DNA of 64,000 bases from Camelus dromedarius (GCF_036321535.1 NC_087471.1:1364001-1428000); one strand, 5' to 3'; shown: positions 1 to 11,880, numbered from the stretch's first letter. Numbers and translations are program-made. The notes: generated by a model from the sequence alone, not told the origin.

Positions 1-971
1 TTCTCCATAAAATACTACCTAATGGTGTCCTTGTCCTTCACGAAGCTTAGGGAGCAGAAACTCAGGATTGGTTCTCCCCCACCCCCACCTCCCCCTGCCC
101 CATCCTGGGGAGCCCCATGCTGGCCCTGATCCCTCACATACTTTATGAGATGTGGTGCCGTTTCCTACCTGGGAGGGATATGGTGCCACGCGAATATCAA
201 GGTCACGTGACCAAAGTTACAATTCGAGGAAACTGCCAACCTGAGAAAACTGCCTCGGAAATAGGCTGAGGTCTGCAGGGGAGAGTGGCATGTGACTGAG
301 GATCGCTGACCCACAATCACTCTGATATGGCTCTCTCTCCCTCTGCTCATCCTTCCTTTTTCACTTTTACTTCCTCACTCAACGTTTACTGGCTTACAAA
401 TAAAGGACAGGAAGAAACACGAGCATAGAGTAGAAGCTGGTGTTGCCCAGAAAGAATCAGGCTGTTCTATCAGCACCTGGGCCGGACCCTCTTTAGAGCA
501 GGGCTGACTTTTATGTTTTTCCTGCCCATCCGGGGATGAAGAGCTCTTGTCTGGTCCCACGTGACGTGGAGGAGCCTGAGAGGAGGCAAAGGGCGGCTTC
601 CCTCTGAGAGCAGTGGTGGGAGGAGAGAGGGAGCCGGAAAGGATGGAGGAGAGCACAGGAGGGTGACTCATCCCTCCCCACTCGCTCATACCTCTGGGAG
701 GCATTCAGGGGGCCCCTCGAAGTGTGGAGTCACCCAACTTCACAGCACAGTGACGAAGGAAACTGGGGTTTCTATGGCTGTTGTAAATACGAGCGTGTCC
801 TCTGCTCGCAACATGAGTGGGAAGACACATGAGAGAGAGGATGGGCAGAGCTTTGTGATTTAATGGAATACGTTTTGTGATTGATAATAGATAATCTCTA
901 TTAGTGAGCTTTGATCAGGGAAACAGGAACTGCATGGAGTGTTACAGAACAAGGAGCGAGAGTGTGTGTGT

Positions 972-1003
972 GGGTGGGTGGTGGGTGGTGGGTGGTTGGG
1001 GGG
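972..1003 (+). repeat. (GGGT/GGT)n G-rich tract, canonical G-quadruplex motif
   Basis: G-runs of 3 or more at 972, 976, 983, 990 and 998 with 1-5 nt loops, following a short (TG)n. Confidence 0.6.
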
Positions 1004-1719
1004 CACTGGACCTTAAACAGTTGTAGGAGATGCTGGGGAAATAATAACAATCTAGGGGGGCCCAGAAAATGAGACAGGGACCAAGAGAAAGAAGCCTGTG
1101 CTTCCACGTCTCCTCTGTGCCTCAGGCCAGTGGCTGGCCTGAAGTCACTGCAGGTCTTTTGAAAGAATAGCTTCAAACATGGTTGGATGGAGAATAAGAC
1201 ACACTAGAACCCGTGAACGGAAACTCAGGGACCCCTAAGAGCCAACTGGGGCCCACCCAAGAAAAAGGGACACCTGTGGCTCTCTTTCACTGCATATCAC
1301 CCCAAGCACCCAGGTGACCGGCAGAAGGCACTGGAGTCCTTTGGTGGGAGCCTGTCCACTTACATTTTACAAATCAAGAAAGAGTTTGAAGTAGATTATT
1401 TAAAATTATAAATGTGACCCCAAACAAGAGTAAGACTATCTGTAAAACTTGAGGAAACGGTCAGACACACACAGGCATACTTGGACATTGGACAATACTG
1501 AATTATATCTCACCTAGATTTTCTTTTAGGGTGTGAAGATATCACTGAAAAAGAAATGCATTTAGCCATTGAATATCTAAAGAGACACAGATCTACATTT
1601 AAATCTAAATAACTGGAAATCAAAGACATGTGACACGATATGGGTGGGATGTGATTCAGTGTAACATTTTTGGAAGAGCATTCTTCAATAGCTATCAAAT
1701 TTAAGAATGCATTCTACTT

Positions 1720-2775
1720 TGAAAAAAAATTTTTATTTATATATATATATACTTTTTTTATTGAGTTATAGTCAGTTTACAATGTTGTGTCAATTTCCAG
1801 CGTAGAGCACAGTTTTTCAGTTATACATGAATGTACATATATTCATTGTCACATTCTTTTTACTCTGTGAGCTACCACAAGATCTTGTGTATATTTCCCT
1901 GTGCGATACAGTATAATCTTGTTTATCATATTCTATCTATATGCCTGTCAGGATCTACAAATTTTGAACCCCCAGTCTTTCCCTTTCCACCCCCCATCCC
2001 CTTTGGCAACCACAAGTTTGTATTCTATGTCTATGAGTCTGTTTCTCTGTNNNNNNNNNNNNNNNNNNNNNNNNNNNNNNNNNNNNNNNNNNNNNNNNNN
2101 NNNNNNNNNNNNNNNNNNNNNNNNNNNNNNNNNNNNNNNNNNNNNNNNNNNNNNNNNNNNNNNNNNNNNNNNNNNNNNNNNNNNNNNNNNNNNNNNNNNN
2201 NNNNNNNNNNNNNNNNNNNNNNNNNNNNNNNNNNNNNNNNNNNNNNNNNNNNNNNNNNNNNNNNNNNNNNNNNNNNNNNNNNNNNNNNTGATCTCATATG
2301 GTATTTTTCTTTCTCTTTCTGGCTTACTTCACTTAGATTGACATTCTCCAGGAACACCCATGTTGCTGCAAATGGCATTATGTTGGCATTTTTATGGCTG
2401 AGTAGTATTCCATTGTATAAATATACCACATCTTTTTTATTCAGTCATCTGTGGATGGACATTTAGGCTGTTTCCATGTCTTGGCTATTGTAAATAGTGC
2501 TGCTATGAACATTGGGGTGCAGGTGTCATTTTGAAGTAGGGTTCCTTCTGGATATATGCCCAGGAGCAGGATTCCTGGGTCACATGGTAAGTCTATTCCT
2601 AGTCTTTTAAGGACTCTCCATACTGTTTCCCACAGTGGCTGCACCAAACGGCATTCCCACCAGCAGTGCAGGAGGGTTCCCCTTTCTCCACAGCCTCTCC
2701 AGCATTTGTCATTTGTAGACTTTTGAATGATGGACATTCTGACTGGTGTGAGGTGATAGCTCATTGTAGTTTTGA
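1720..2775 (-). mobile_element. 5'-truncated lineage-specific LINE-1 (end of ORF2 plus 3'UTR)
   Basis: ORF 2441..2764(-) encodes the L1 ORF2p C-terminus (YHLTPVRM...LLHCWWEC...[20 protein letters not shown]). T-rich tail at the left end. 19-bp target-site duplication ttaagaa(t/c)gcattctactt at 1701-1719 and 2776-2794. Confidence 0.95.
2051..2288. other. Assembly gap (238 N) inside L1 3'UTR
   Basis: Run of N. Confidence 1.
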
Positions 2776-2794
2776 TTAAGAACGCATTCTACTT

Positions 2795-3275
2795 CAATCT
2801 TGCAGATTCTATGAGTTAGAATACATTTGAAATCTATTTGACTGGTACAAATCCTTCTCCTCCTGAAACCATATGTTTAAGTGTGGAGATGTTCTTTTTG
2901 AAAAAGTAGATTCTGAAAACCATCAAAATGTCCATGTGTAAAGGAATGATTAAATAAAATGTAATATTAGCAACTTCAAAAAGGAGATGTGTAGATCTTT
3001 TTGTGTTGATTTGGAAAATACTTAAGATATATTATTATATTATTAATGAAAATAGAAAGTCAAACAGCATGGATCATATATAAGCAAATGCTACAGTTTA
3101 TAAAGGATGTGTGCATGTAAGGGCTGCGTGCTGTGTGTTTTATAAAAGACACACAAGGAAATGCTAATGGTGCTGGCATCTAGGTGGAAAGGAGAATTTT
3201 ATCTTTCACTTTATAATTGTCTGTACCTTTTGAATTTTTGACAACCAGTATTTACTGCTTTTAAAAGCTGTGATA
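2795..3275 (+). mobile_element. Old L1ME-type 3' fragment (host of the younger L1; probably continues at ~1400-1700)
   Basis: AT-rich degenerate L1M 3'UTR-like text (aaatgctaatggtgctggcatctagg...tttatctttcactttataattgtctgta). Confidence 0.45.
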
Positions 3276-3424
3276 GCAAATACAGTAGAAAAAAATTTAA
3301 AGTATATGAAAGTGATTAAAATAAGAGCTATTTCACTCCAGAACCGATGTCTCACCAGCTGCCTGCCATGAAAGGATGATACATTTTCCTTCCGCATCTT
3401 TTTTTTCTGCACATTAAAGACTAT

Positions 3425-3510
3425 CTGTTGATTGATCATCTATCATCATCATCAATCTATCACTTATTTATCAATCCATCCGCCTATCATCTATCTGTCT
3501 ATCTATCCTC
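3425..3510. repeat. Complex (TCTA/TCA/TCCA)n microsatellite
   Basis: tctatcatcatcatcaatctatc...ctatcatctatctgtctatctatcc. Confidence 0.8.
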
Positions 3511-5432
3511 AAATGAAATGGCACTACCCACGGTGCTCTACAAACCTCTTTTGTCAAAAACAACGGACCTTGAATATCTTTCTAGTCAGTTCAAGCACAT
3601 CTGTCTCATCCATTTCAGTGTCTGCCTGGGACTTTCAGTATGATGGTAGAAAGATATGTTCTTGGAAACACTGGAAAACGTTCTTGATAAATGAGCAGTG
3701 AATGTTGACTTTGACGTTGTTTCCCAATGTGAAGCTGAGCTGGATGCTGGTGCTCTGGGTGGGGGGCTCCGAGGGAGAACTGTGAGAGTGGAGGGCTGGT
3801 CTGAGCCAAGCTGGCAGCCCTGTCACCCTTGGTTGACACCCAGGTAGCCCAGAGTGGGCTCCAGAGAAATACCCTTCCTGCTGCTCTGCGGATATTTTTC
3901 TCACCGTTTCCCCAAGAGCCATGGCGGGTAGGGGAAATTAAAGTAAGTGTTAGCTAAGTGATGGGGAAGCCTTTCCTTGAGTCCGCTTGCCCCCTGGGGA
4001 AGGTGGGGAGGGGCAGACTGGACAGGACCCAGAGGGAAGAGACCGAGTCTGCAGTTACTAGAGATTATTGCTTTGACACAAACTGAAGCTGCTTCTCGCC
4101 ACTTCCGTCTGCTGCTACAGACTGGACCTCGCAGCCCACAACCACAGAATGCTCGGTCATTCCTCCCTCGGGGCTGTGACTGTCAGTGGACCGTGGTGCC
4201 CGGCGGGAGTTCTCCAAGTCACATAAGCCCAGGTAACCTGTGCCCTTTAGGAAGCTTCACTCACACACCTGCGAGCACTGGCCACTGGGGCAGATCTCCC
4301 CCTGGGCACACGGCCCCACCTCCCCTGTGACTTGCTTGGATCAGCAACAGCCAGGTCACAGTTGACAGGTCGCAGCAGGTCACAGCCCCCTTCCTGGTGT
4401 TTGCTCCTCTTCTGTCCCTCTAACACCTCTTCCTTTTGGGGGTCACTCGGGGAACTCTATTCGGCTTGCTTTTATATTTTACCTTTGCCTTGTCCAGCTC
4501 TGGAAATAAGGACTTTTCTCAGCTCATTGACTCTCACTTTACATTCTGCTGGGAAGGGAAAGAGAGTCACGGCTGGGAGTCAGGAGGATTCCCTGGCAGG
4601 TTGCTGAGGGCACCAGGGAGCAAGGACAGAGGGGCCAATTCCTCCCTCTTGGGGCTACCAGATGGAAAACAGAGGAAGAAATGACCTCCCTACCATGGGC
4701 TCCGTACCCTTGCTGGAGCCCGTCCCTGTGCCCCTGAGAGAGGAGGACCACCCCACTGCCCTGACCTGACTTCCCACCTCCTGAAAGGACTCGTGGTCAT
4801 GGAAGGTGGGGGTTCCAGGGCAACTGGGCTGTTTGGTTGTTTCTTAATCTTGTGTGCTACAGTGTTTATTGTCATGTTCGTTCATTGTTTGGCAGGAATT
4901 TTTCTTGCTTCTTTTCCAATTTCCCCTGTGTTCCTGTATAATTATACCAGAATGGTCTCAATTTAGCCCATCTTGCCGCCATATTCCTTCATTCTGTAGA
5001 TGTCAGTGGTCCCGTGGCTGCCGAAGAGCCTGAGGCCGCCTCCCCGGAGGGGCTGAGTTGCCTTCCTCTGGTTCTACAGTCAGAATCATTTCTGAAATCC
5101 CAGTCGAGTCCTCTTCCACCACCCCACTTCTTACTGGCCATAATGGATCATGTAGAAAGCATGGATTTGAATCCAGCTCGTCGGCATAACACCCAGCAAA
5201 TCCCCTGAAGGAAACTCCTCACTGGAAGGGACAGGGTGCAGTCTGGGGGAAACATGGAGGGATTTGCCGCGGTCGTGATGGGCCCTCCATCACAGTGATG
5301 ACCATCTACGAAACAGCCACTTTGATTTCTAAAAAGCCTTTCCAGGAGTAGGAATGCTGGGTCAGAGGATTTTAGCAAATTTTGCCAATTTGCCTGGAAA
5401 GTTGCAATAATTGATCTTCTCACTCACAGCAT

Positions 5433-5810
5433 TGTCGACTGAAAATACACGCATAATCTAAAAGTGGAGACTTATGTTTTATTCGGTGGACATTTCTGAG
5501 GACTCGAGCCCAGGACACAGCCTCTCAGATCCCACACTCTCACCAACGTAGGTTGTTACGCATTGAAATATTTTTCCAATTTGATTAACAAAAAATGAGG
5601 ACTCCTTAGTGTTTCAATATGAACATCCATGGACACTGCAAGGTGAATGATCCTGGCCGGTGATGGTTAATGTAGTTAACGGATCATTTGCATCGCTTCT
5701 GTGACTCTGCAGACTGCTCGCCCTTGCCCAGTTTTCTTATTAATTATAGGAGTGAGTGATTACACCACCAGCCCTCTGCTCAGTGTGCAAGAGGAGTTTT
5801 CAGTCCAGCT
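5433..5810 (-). mobile_element. ERV1-type LTR fragment related to the LTR at 39951-40443
   Basis: First ~100 bp align with 39951-40050, including an exact 18-mer tttctgaggactcgagcc (5494-5511 vs 40012-40029). ttttatt gives AATAAA on the minus strand. Right boundary uncertain. Confidence 0.6.
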
Positions 5811-7920
5811 TTTAAAAAAATATTTTCTTTGTTGTGTTTTTTTTGGGGGGGGAGGTGTAAAATTTATTAAAATGCTAAATTATTTTAACTATTAAAATTC
5901 TAAATGACACAAATTCTCGATTTTCCTCCTTCATGGCTCCTGGGTTCCCTGTTGTGTTTAAGAAAGCTCTCCCACCGTTTCTTTTTGATCTTAGCTTGAG
6001 CGCCCGAGGGCTGTGTCCGTGTTTACACTGGGATCCAGGCGTCCGGTGCCACGGTTTCTCGGTAGCATCCTCGTGATCTACACGAGGACAGTGCAGCTCA
6101 CAAAGGCGGTGGGCGGCGGACACCTAGATGGCCGTTCTCTGCAGCACAGCCAAATCAGGGTGTGACCTCATTCCTTTCGAATTTTCTTTCCGTAGCAGCA
6201 AGTCACCGGGTGTGGCTGCTCCTTCCACTGCTGAATTCTTCCAGGCTTTGCATAAATAAAATAATTAATGGAACAGGTTCCTGTTCTAAGGCGCTTTGGA
6301 AAGTTCATGAACTTTTGAGGGGAAAGTGTTTTGTTTTTTTCTAAATAAGGAGGAAAAGTGGCAGAATTATCAGTCTAGGCGAGGTTCTCACATCATGGGC
6401 AAATTCCTTCTTTTAAGTTTTTTTCTTTTATTCTGTAGAAGGGTGGAGATTGGTGATAGCGTGAATTCAGGTCTGAATCCCCCTGCACCCTCTCCCAAGT
6501 GGCCTGAGCCAAGGGAGGGGCACACAGCAGGCCCTGCCACGTCCACTCTCCCAGGTCGTAGGACCGTGGACCTGCGCCCCGCCGTGTGACCTGCTCCCAT
6601 CTTCAAAGGTGATTTTGCCAGAGCAGGGGTTTGGTGTTTTCCTTTTAGGGTAACATGTGGAGGTGGGAAGCCTGCACTGTTCTCCACAACCTTAGGCTTA
6701 GAAAAAACGTGGCGGTCAATAATTCAGAGTTTTTTAAGGGAGAATAAATTGCTGTCACGTGGTCTACAGTGACACACCGGTCTTTAGAGGTGACCCCACA
6801 GTGAAGCCTGTATTTTCACAGCAGGACCTTCACAGCTGTGAGAGCCCGGAGTTCCGGTCCCGCCTGCCTCGCCGACCGCCGCCGAGCTGCCTGGCACGTG
6901 GCAGGAGGCCAACACGCATTGTGGCGTGAATGAAGGAACGGGGGTAACGTCTAACTGTGGGGTTCAGTGAGATGACGCCTGTGAGGAGTCCAGCATCACC
7001 CCGCAGGGCCTGCATCCAAGCATGGCGGAGTGATGGGGGAGGGGGAGGGGGAGGCGACCGAGGGCACAGGTCCCAGGCCCAGACTCTTCCTTTGAAGAGC
7101 CTAAAACGATATTTCTGTCCTTTGAAAGATACATTTTAATGACGTTCTCAGGCCCCTCAAATTCACCATTTCATTCTTTGACCACCCCCTTCCCTCCTGA
7201 TGAAGCACTGTCGGCCGCACGAGGCCTGAGGGACCCCTCCTCTGCCTTCTTTCTCAGCAGCAGGTCCCCGTCTGTGTCAGCCCCTTGTATCTCGTAAGTC
7301 TGCCCCCCTTTCCCAGACACACGCATTCAAGGGAGGTTCAGAGGTCAAGCTTTAAAACCAGTTCCTAGACCCCCGCGTGCCAGGTATGGTTGTGGGCTAC
7401 AGACGGACCAGCTTTCAGACTCAGCCCCCCGGCTTTAAAGTGGGGAGAGGAGGAGGTCTGTGCTTAAGATGGGGGCTTCCCAAGGGGACTGGGACAGCTG
7501 ACTGATGTGAGTGTGTGGCTCGCACACAGGAGGAGCTCGGCCAATAGCAAGTGGGGGGTGTTAGGGTCAGGGTTCTGCTGAGGAGGGAGGGAGGACCTCC
7601 TCCTGCACCCCTCCCCCTCCAAGCCTATGCCCCACACGGAAGTCGGGGTGCAGAGGGGAGTTCCTAAAGTACAAACATGGTTGTTCCACGCCTCCCTTAG
7701 GGTCTTGCATCTTCCAGTTAGTGGGAAATCCAGCCCAGCCCACTTCGGCCCCTCACCTCCCACCCTCCCTGGCTCTCACGGGGTCCCTGCCTCCCCGCCC
7801 ACCTACTTCAGTGCACATCCTTCCCCTCCAATGCCATTCCTGAAAGGACGCCCCATCCATCCACTCCAGCCCTGCGGTGTCCCAGGAGAGCGTGTGCTTG
7901 GTAACACCGTCTTTTTGCAG

Positions 7921-8120
7921 GTTCAAAAGTATGCAAAAGTAAACCGTATACACTTACAGGCATGTGTATGTTTGTAGTAAAAATTAGAAGGAAAAAAAAA
8001 GCAAGGGAATGATGGAAACAGCAAACATTTGGGAAATAGAATGGAAAGAACAGGCAGCCCAGAGAACGGGCAGGCGGCGGGGGGAGCGGCCGGGACAGGA
8101 GCTGGGCTGGATGATGGGAG
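7921..8120 (+). other. Candidate non-coding exon (200 nt)
   Basis: Acceptor cgtctttttgcag ends at 7920 with gtaac ~18 nt upstream; donor GAG|GTAAGC at 8121; stop codons in all three frames. Confidence 0.25.
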
Positions 8121-8482
8121 GTAAGCTACCACCTCACTGGCACAGGCACTGGGGGTCGGAGTGTGACGTGCCAGGACCGCGGAGTTAGAAACTGGCAGAT
8201 CTGGGATTCGCGCTGCAGTTTCTGGCTCCCAAGCCCATCCTTCCTCCTGGCGCCGGGGAGCAGCCGTCAGTGAAGCCGCGCGTGAGGATGAGGTGGAGGG
8301 GGAGCGGGACGAGGAGACAGCTGGGGACGGAGGGCAGGACGGACGGCCAGCCCCTAGCAGGGAAACGGAGGAGCGGCTGGAGAGGCAGGAAGGACTGGGG
8401 AGAGTGCGGCCTGACAAGCCCACGGGGGCGCGTGGAGAGAGGGGTGCGGTTGATGGCGTGAAGTGGAGCAGGTCACGGACCA

Positions 8483-8825
8483 CGGCGATGGACTGGGCGC
8501 GTCCCCTCCGCTTCACATGTCGAAGCTGAACGTCCAGTGTGGCTGTACCCAAAGACGAGATTTTCATGAGGTCCTAAGGGCGGGGTCCCCATTCGCTAGG
8601 ACCGGCGACTTTCAGGAACAGGAAGGGCATCAAAGCTCGCCCTCCGCCACGTGAGCACACAGCCAGAAGGCGGCCTGTCTGCAGGCCGGGAGGAGCGCTG
8701 TCACCGGCCCTGGGGACGCCTTGATCTGGGACCCCCAGCCTCCAGAACCATGAGAAGTAGATTTCTGTGATTTCGGCCCTGCTGTTTGCGGTATTTCGTC
8801 CCGGCGTCCGAGCAGAATTCCGGAA
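8483..8825 (+). mobile_element. MLT1A/MLT1A0-like MaLR solo LTR, unusually CpG-rich
   Basis: Collinear with recalled MLT1A consensus: gatggactg...ttcacatgtcgaag...gaggtcctaagggcggggtccc...ccgccacgtgagcacacagccagaaggcggcc...cagcctccagaaccatgagaa...gagcaga. Confidence 0.8.
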
Positions 8826-8899
8826 CGGTGGGAAGTGTCACCGGGACAGAGGGGCTTAGAGCTCCTGTTTGAACTTCCACGGTCCCAACGTTCATCCAA

Positions 8900-9530
8900 G
8901 AAACATCTTTCGTGAGGCTGGTGAGAGACGAGCAGCGAGCGAGAACCCGGGCTGCAGCCCCGAAGCCGTCCCCGCGGGCGGCCGCGCTCGCAGTCGCTCT
9001 CGGGGCGCTGCCCCAGAAACAGGCCTTCCCAACAGGCTTCGGTCCTACCTTTGAGGACCAGCGCCGCCTCGCCCGGGGGTGGGGAGCGTGCTCCGGGCTT
9101 CCAAAGCGGGGCGGAAACGGGACAGCGTGGTCTTCAGCGCTGAGCCTGGCCTGTGGAAACGCGGCGGCCCCGTGGGCATCCGAGGCCACGGCTGTAGAAG
9201 GCAGGGCCGGTGCGCAGGGGGCGCTGCTCGTTTCACAGGCTGAGGGCTGAGGAGACGTGTCTGACTCCCTCTGAGAAGCCACACCCGAGGTCTGAGCACG
9301 CCTGTCTCCTCCTTCGCAGCCCTCGTCCTCGGATCTCCCGTTCCCTTCTGAGTGTCGACAGAAGGACCATCACCAAAAGGAATGCCGCGGGGAGGGGCAC
9401 CTCAGGACGACTGACAGACCCTGCAAGCCGGGCTGAGTCTGCCCGATCGATCGGGCAGGGCCCAGGGTCACAGCCACGCGCACAGGTGAGAGGGCGGGTC
9501 CCTCAGAGGTGCGCCCTCTGCGCATCCCTT
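8900..9530. promoter_or_regulatory. CpG-island-like block
   Basis: Very GC-rich; hand count of 13 CpG in 8941-9060. Confidence 0.6.
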
Positions 9531-10466
9531 CACACTCTTTTCAAAAAAGGTGCTTCAGCTGAAGCGGAAGGTGCAGACATATATTTATTTCTGATCGGAT
9601 GCAAAAGCTTTCAAGTGTGGAAACTCTCCCCTCTTTCTTTTTTTTTTTTTTTTGATTCCGCCTTTAAAACGGAAAAATATCTCTTCCTCGAGAATTGGGC
9701 TTCGAAAGGGGGCAACATCCAAGCAATATTTTCTTTGGAAGGATTAAACTTCGCTTTAAAGCCTGCTTTGCAAATTGGTACTTTAATTTAACTCGTTGCC
9801 CTCCCATGTATCCAGGAATTGTTGCCAGGCCTCGGGCGGGACATTCATAATAACGCACTTTAAGCACCACAGGAAGGGAACACAGGATTCAGTCACCATC
9901 AAGGCAGTGCCCCACGTAAGCAGCATTTTATTTTACTGACCGTTTAGTAAAATAAATGAGTAACGTGTGGCCAGCACATTCGGTGGCCGCATTCTCTTGT
10001 GATTAGTCCAAGTGGCTGCTCTCCAGACCGTTCCACAAAGCCAGTTTGCAGGACACGGGACGCAGTTCCGGCAGGGGCCCGAGGATGCTTTAGTGTCTGC
10101 ATGTCCCCGGCTTGTTCCCCTCCTGACGGGATGGGCTTCGAGTGCAGATCGGGCAGCTGGCCGCGCTGCTTATCCCCTCAGACCCCTCGCTTCAGGCAAA
10201 GCCTGCGCGCTCGGCCCCTGGCTGCGGGGGTGACCCCAAGTCCGGCTGGCAGTGGAGGACGGAAAGGTTTGCGGGGCCAGAGCACACCCGACGTCAGGGC
10301 CAGGCTGGCCTGTGCCGTGCAGATTTGAGGGGAGTTGTGGCCTCCTTGAATTTCTGATGAATTCTTGCATGACTGAGTCTGTGGGAGACCCCAGGGAACC
10401 ACACTGGGAGTCATTGCCCCCAGCTTTCACCCCATTTACCCCCACATTTACCCTCCCCGCTACATG

Positions 10467-10492
10467 CACACACACACACACACACACACACA
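10467..10492. repeat. (CA)n microsatellite
   Basis: Perfect CA run. Confidence 0.95.
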
Positions 10493-11184
10493 CCCCAACC
10501 CTCCCCCAGCACATACCCCGCGCCTCCCACACCTGCAATCTGCCCACTGTTTCGTCGCGGCTTCCCCGACCCCAACCGTCAAAGGGATTCCTGCGGCAGA
10601 GCCTGCGAGTCTCCCCCACAGGACGGGCTCCTTCCTGGGCAGACGGAGAACGAGGGAGCCTGTCAGGCTCTTTTTCCGGCCCGTTGTCACTCCCCGCACT
10701 TCTGGCGTCTGTGATGCCCAGGAGCTCTTCCGAGTCCTGCAAGGTGGCGGGGGTGGGGTGGTGGTGAGAGGGTGGGCACAGCCCTGTTCTCCTGGGGCTT
10801 GGGGTCTGGGTGGGAGGGGTGGTGAGAACACAGCCACGGACACAGGAAGAAGCAAGACCCCGGACCCTGGGGGAGGGGCCGCGTGGGGAGAGCCGGTGCT
10901 GGAAGGAACACCAGCCCGTGATTGTCCCTGTGGAGGGCAGTGGGGTGCAGGGAGGGCCCCGTCAGGGGAGACAGGGTGGGGAGTCCAGGACAAGGAGGCT
11001 GGGGGGCTGCTCGGCGTGGTGCGAGGGGTCTGAGGGTTTTGTAAGTGATATATTCCTTCCCTGAATGCAGGGGTGGTGATGAGGGGGCGTGATGGCTGAG
11101 TGAGCAGGGGGTCTCCAGGTCCTCCCCAGCTCCCCTCTGCACGAATCGAATCCAGCACTGTAAGACATCCAAGTCAAGGACAGT

Positions 11185-11410
11185 CAAGGATCACAGACAC
11201 TGGAGAGAAAGTGTCTACGTGGGAGACTGAGACTCAGCGGAGAAAAACCAGAAAATAATTATGCAGAAGCAACAATTACTAGGAAGCTAAAAGAGAGCTG
11301 AAAAATAAGAGTTAATGTTCTTAGAGATCAAAGATGGGATTGCATTCACAGATAAAGAACAGTATGCTATGAAAAAAGAATTACTATTGGTCAAGAGGGA
11401 AGGTTGAATA
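11185..11410 (+). mobile_element. Old L1M (ORF1-region-like) fragment
   Basis: Purine/A-rich degenerate text (aataattatg...agagatcaaagatgggattgcattcac...atgctatgaaaaaagaa). Confidence 0.4.
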
Positions 11411-11439
11411 TAGACACTTTAGACATGAAAGTAAGATAC

Positions 11440-11880
11440 ATCTATCTGCACATCCTTCTGTCATCTACTGATCAATNNNNNNNNNNNNNNNNNNNNNNNN
11501 NNNNNNNNNNNNNNNNNNNNNNNNNNNNNNNNNNNNNNNNNNNNNNNNNNNNNNNNNNNNNNNNNNNNNNNNNNNNNNNNNNNNNNNNNNNNNNNNNNNN
11601 NNNNNNNNNNNNNNNNNNNNNNNNNNNNNNNNNNNNNNNNNNNNNNNNNNNNNNNNNNNNNNNNNNNNNNNNNNNNNNNNNNNNNNNNNNNNNNNNNCAT
11701 CTGTCTACCAATCCATGCAATCATCCATCTATCCATTGAGCCAGGCAGCCAGCCAGCCAGCTATTATCTATCTGTCTTCTTTCTATCTGTCTATCTATCT
11801 ATCTACCATCTACCTAACATCTACTTATCTATCTATGTAGTCTGTTCCTCTATCATCTAGCTCACTATCCATCTATCTTT
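11440..11880. repeat. (TCTA/TCCA)n complex satellite containing a 221-N gap (11477-11697)
   Basis: catctatc/tccatcc/tctatctatctatc units on both sides of the N run. Confidence 0.85.

Noticed and set aside
2441-2764. ORFs with real protein homology (also 30432..30734, 53858..54166, 56046..56252)
   Set aside because: Decayed LINE-1 ORF1/ORF2 fragments, not host genes.
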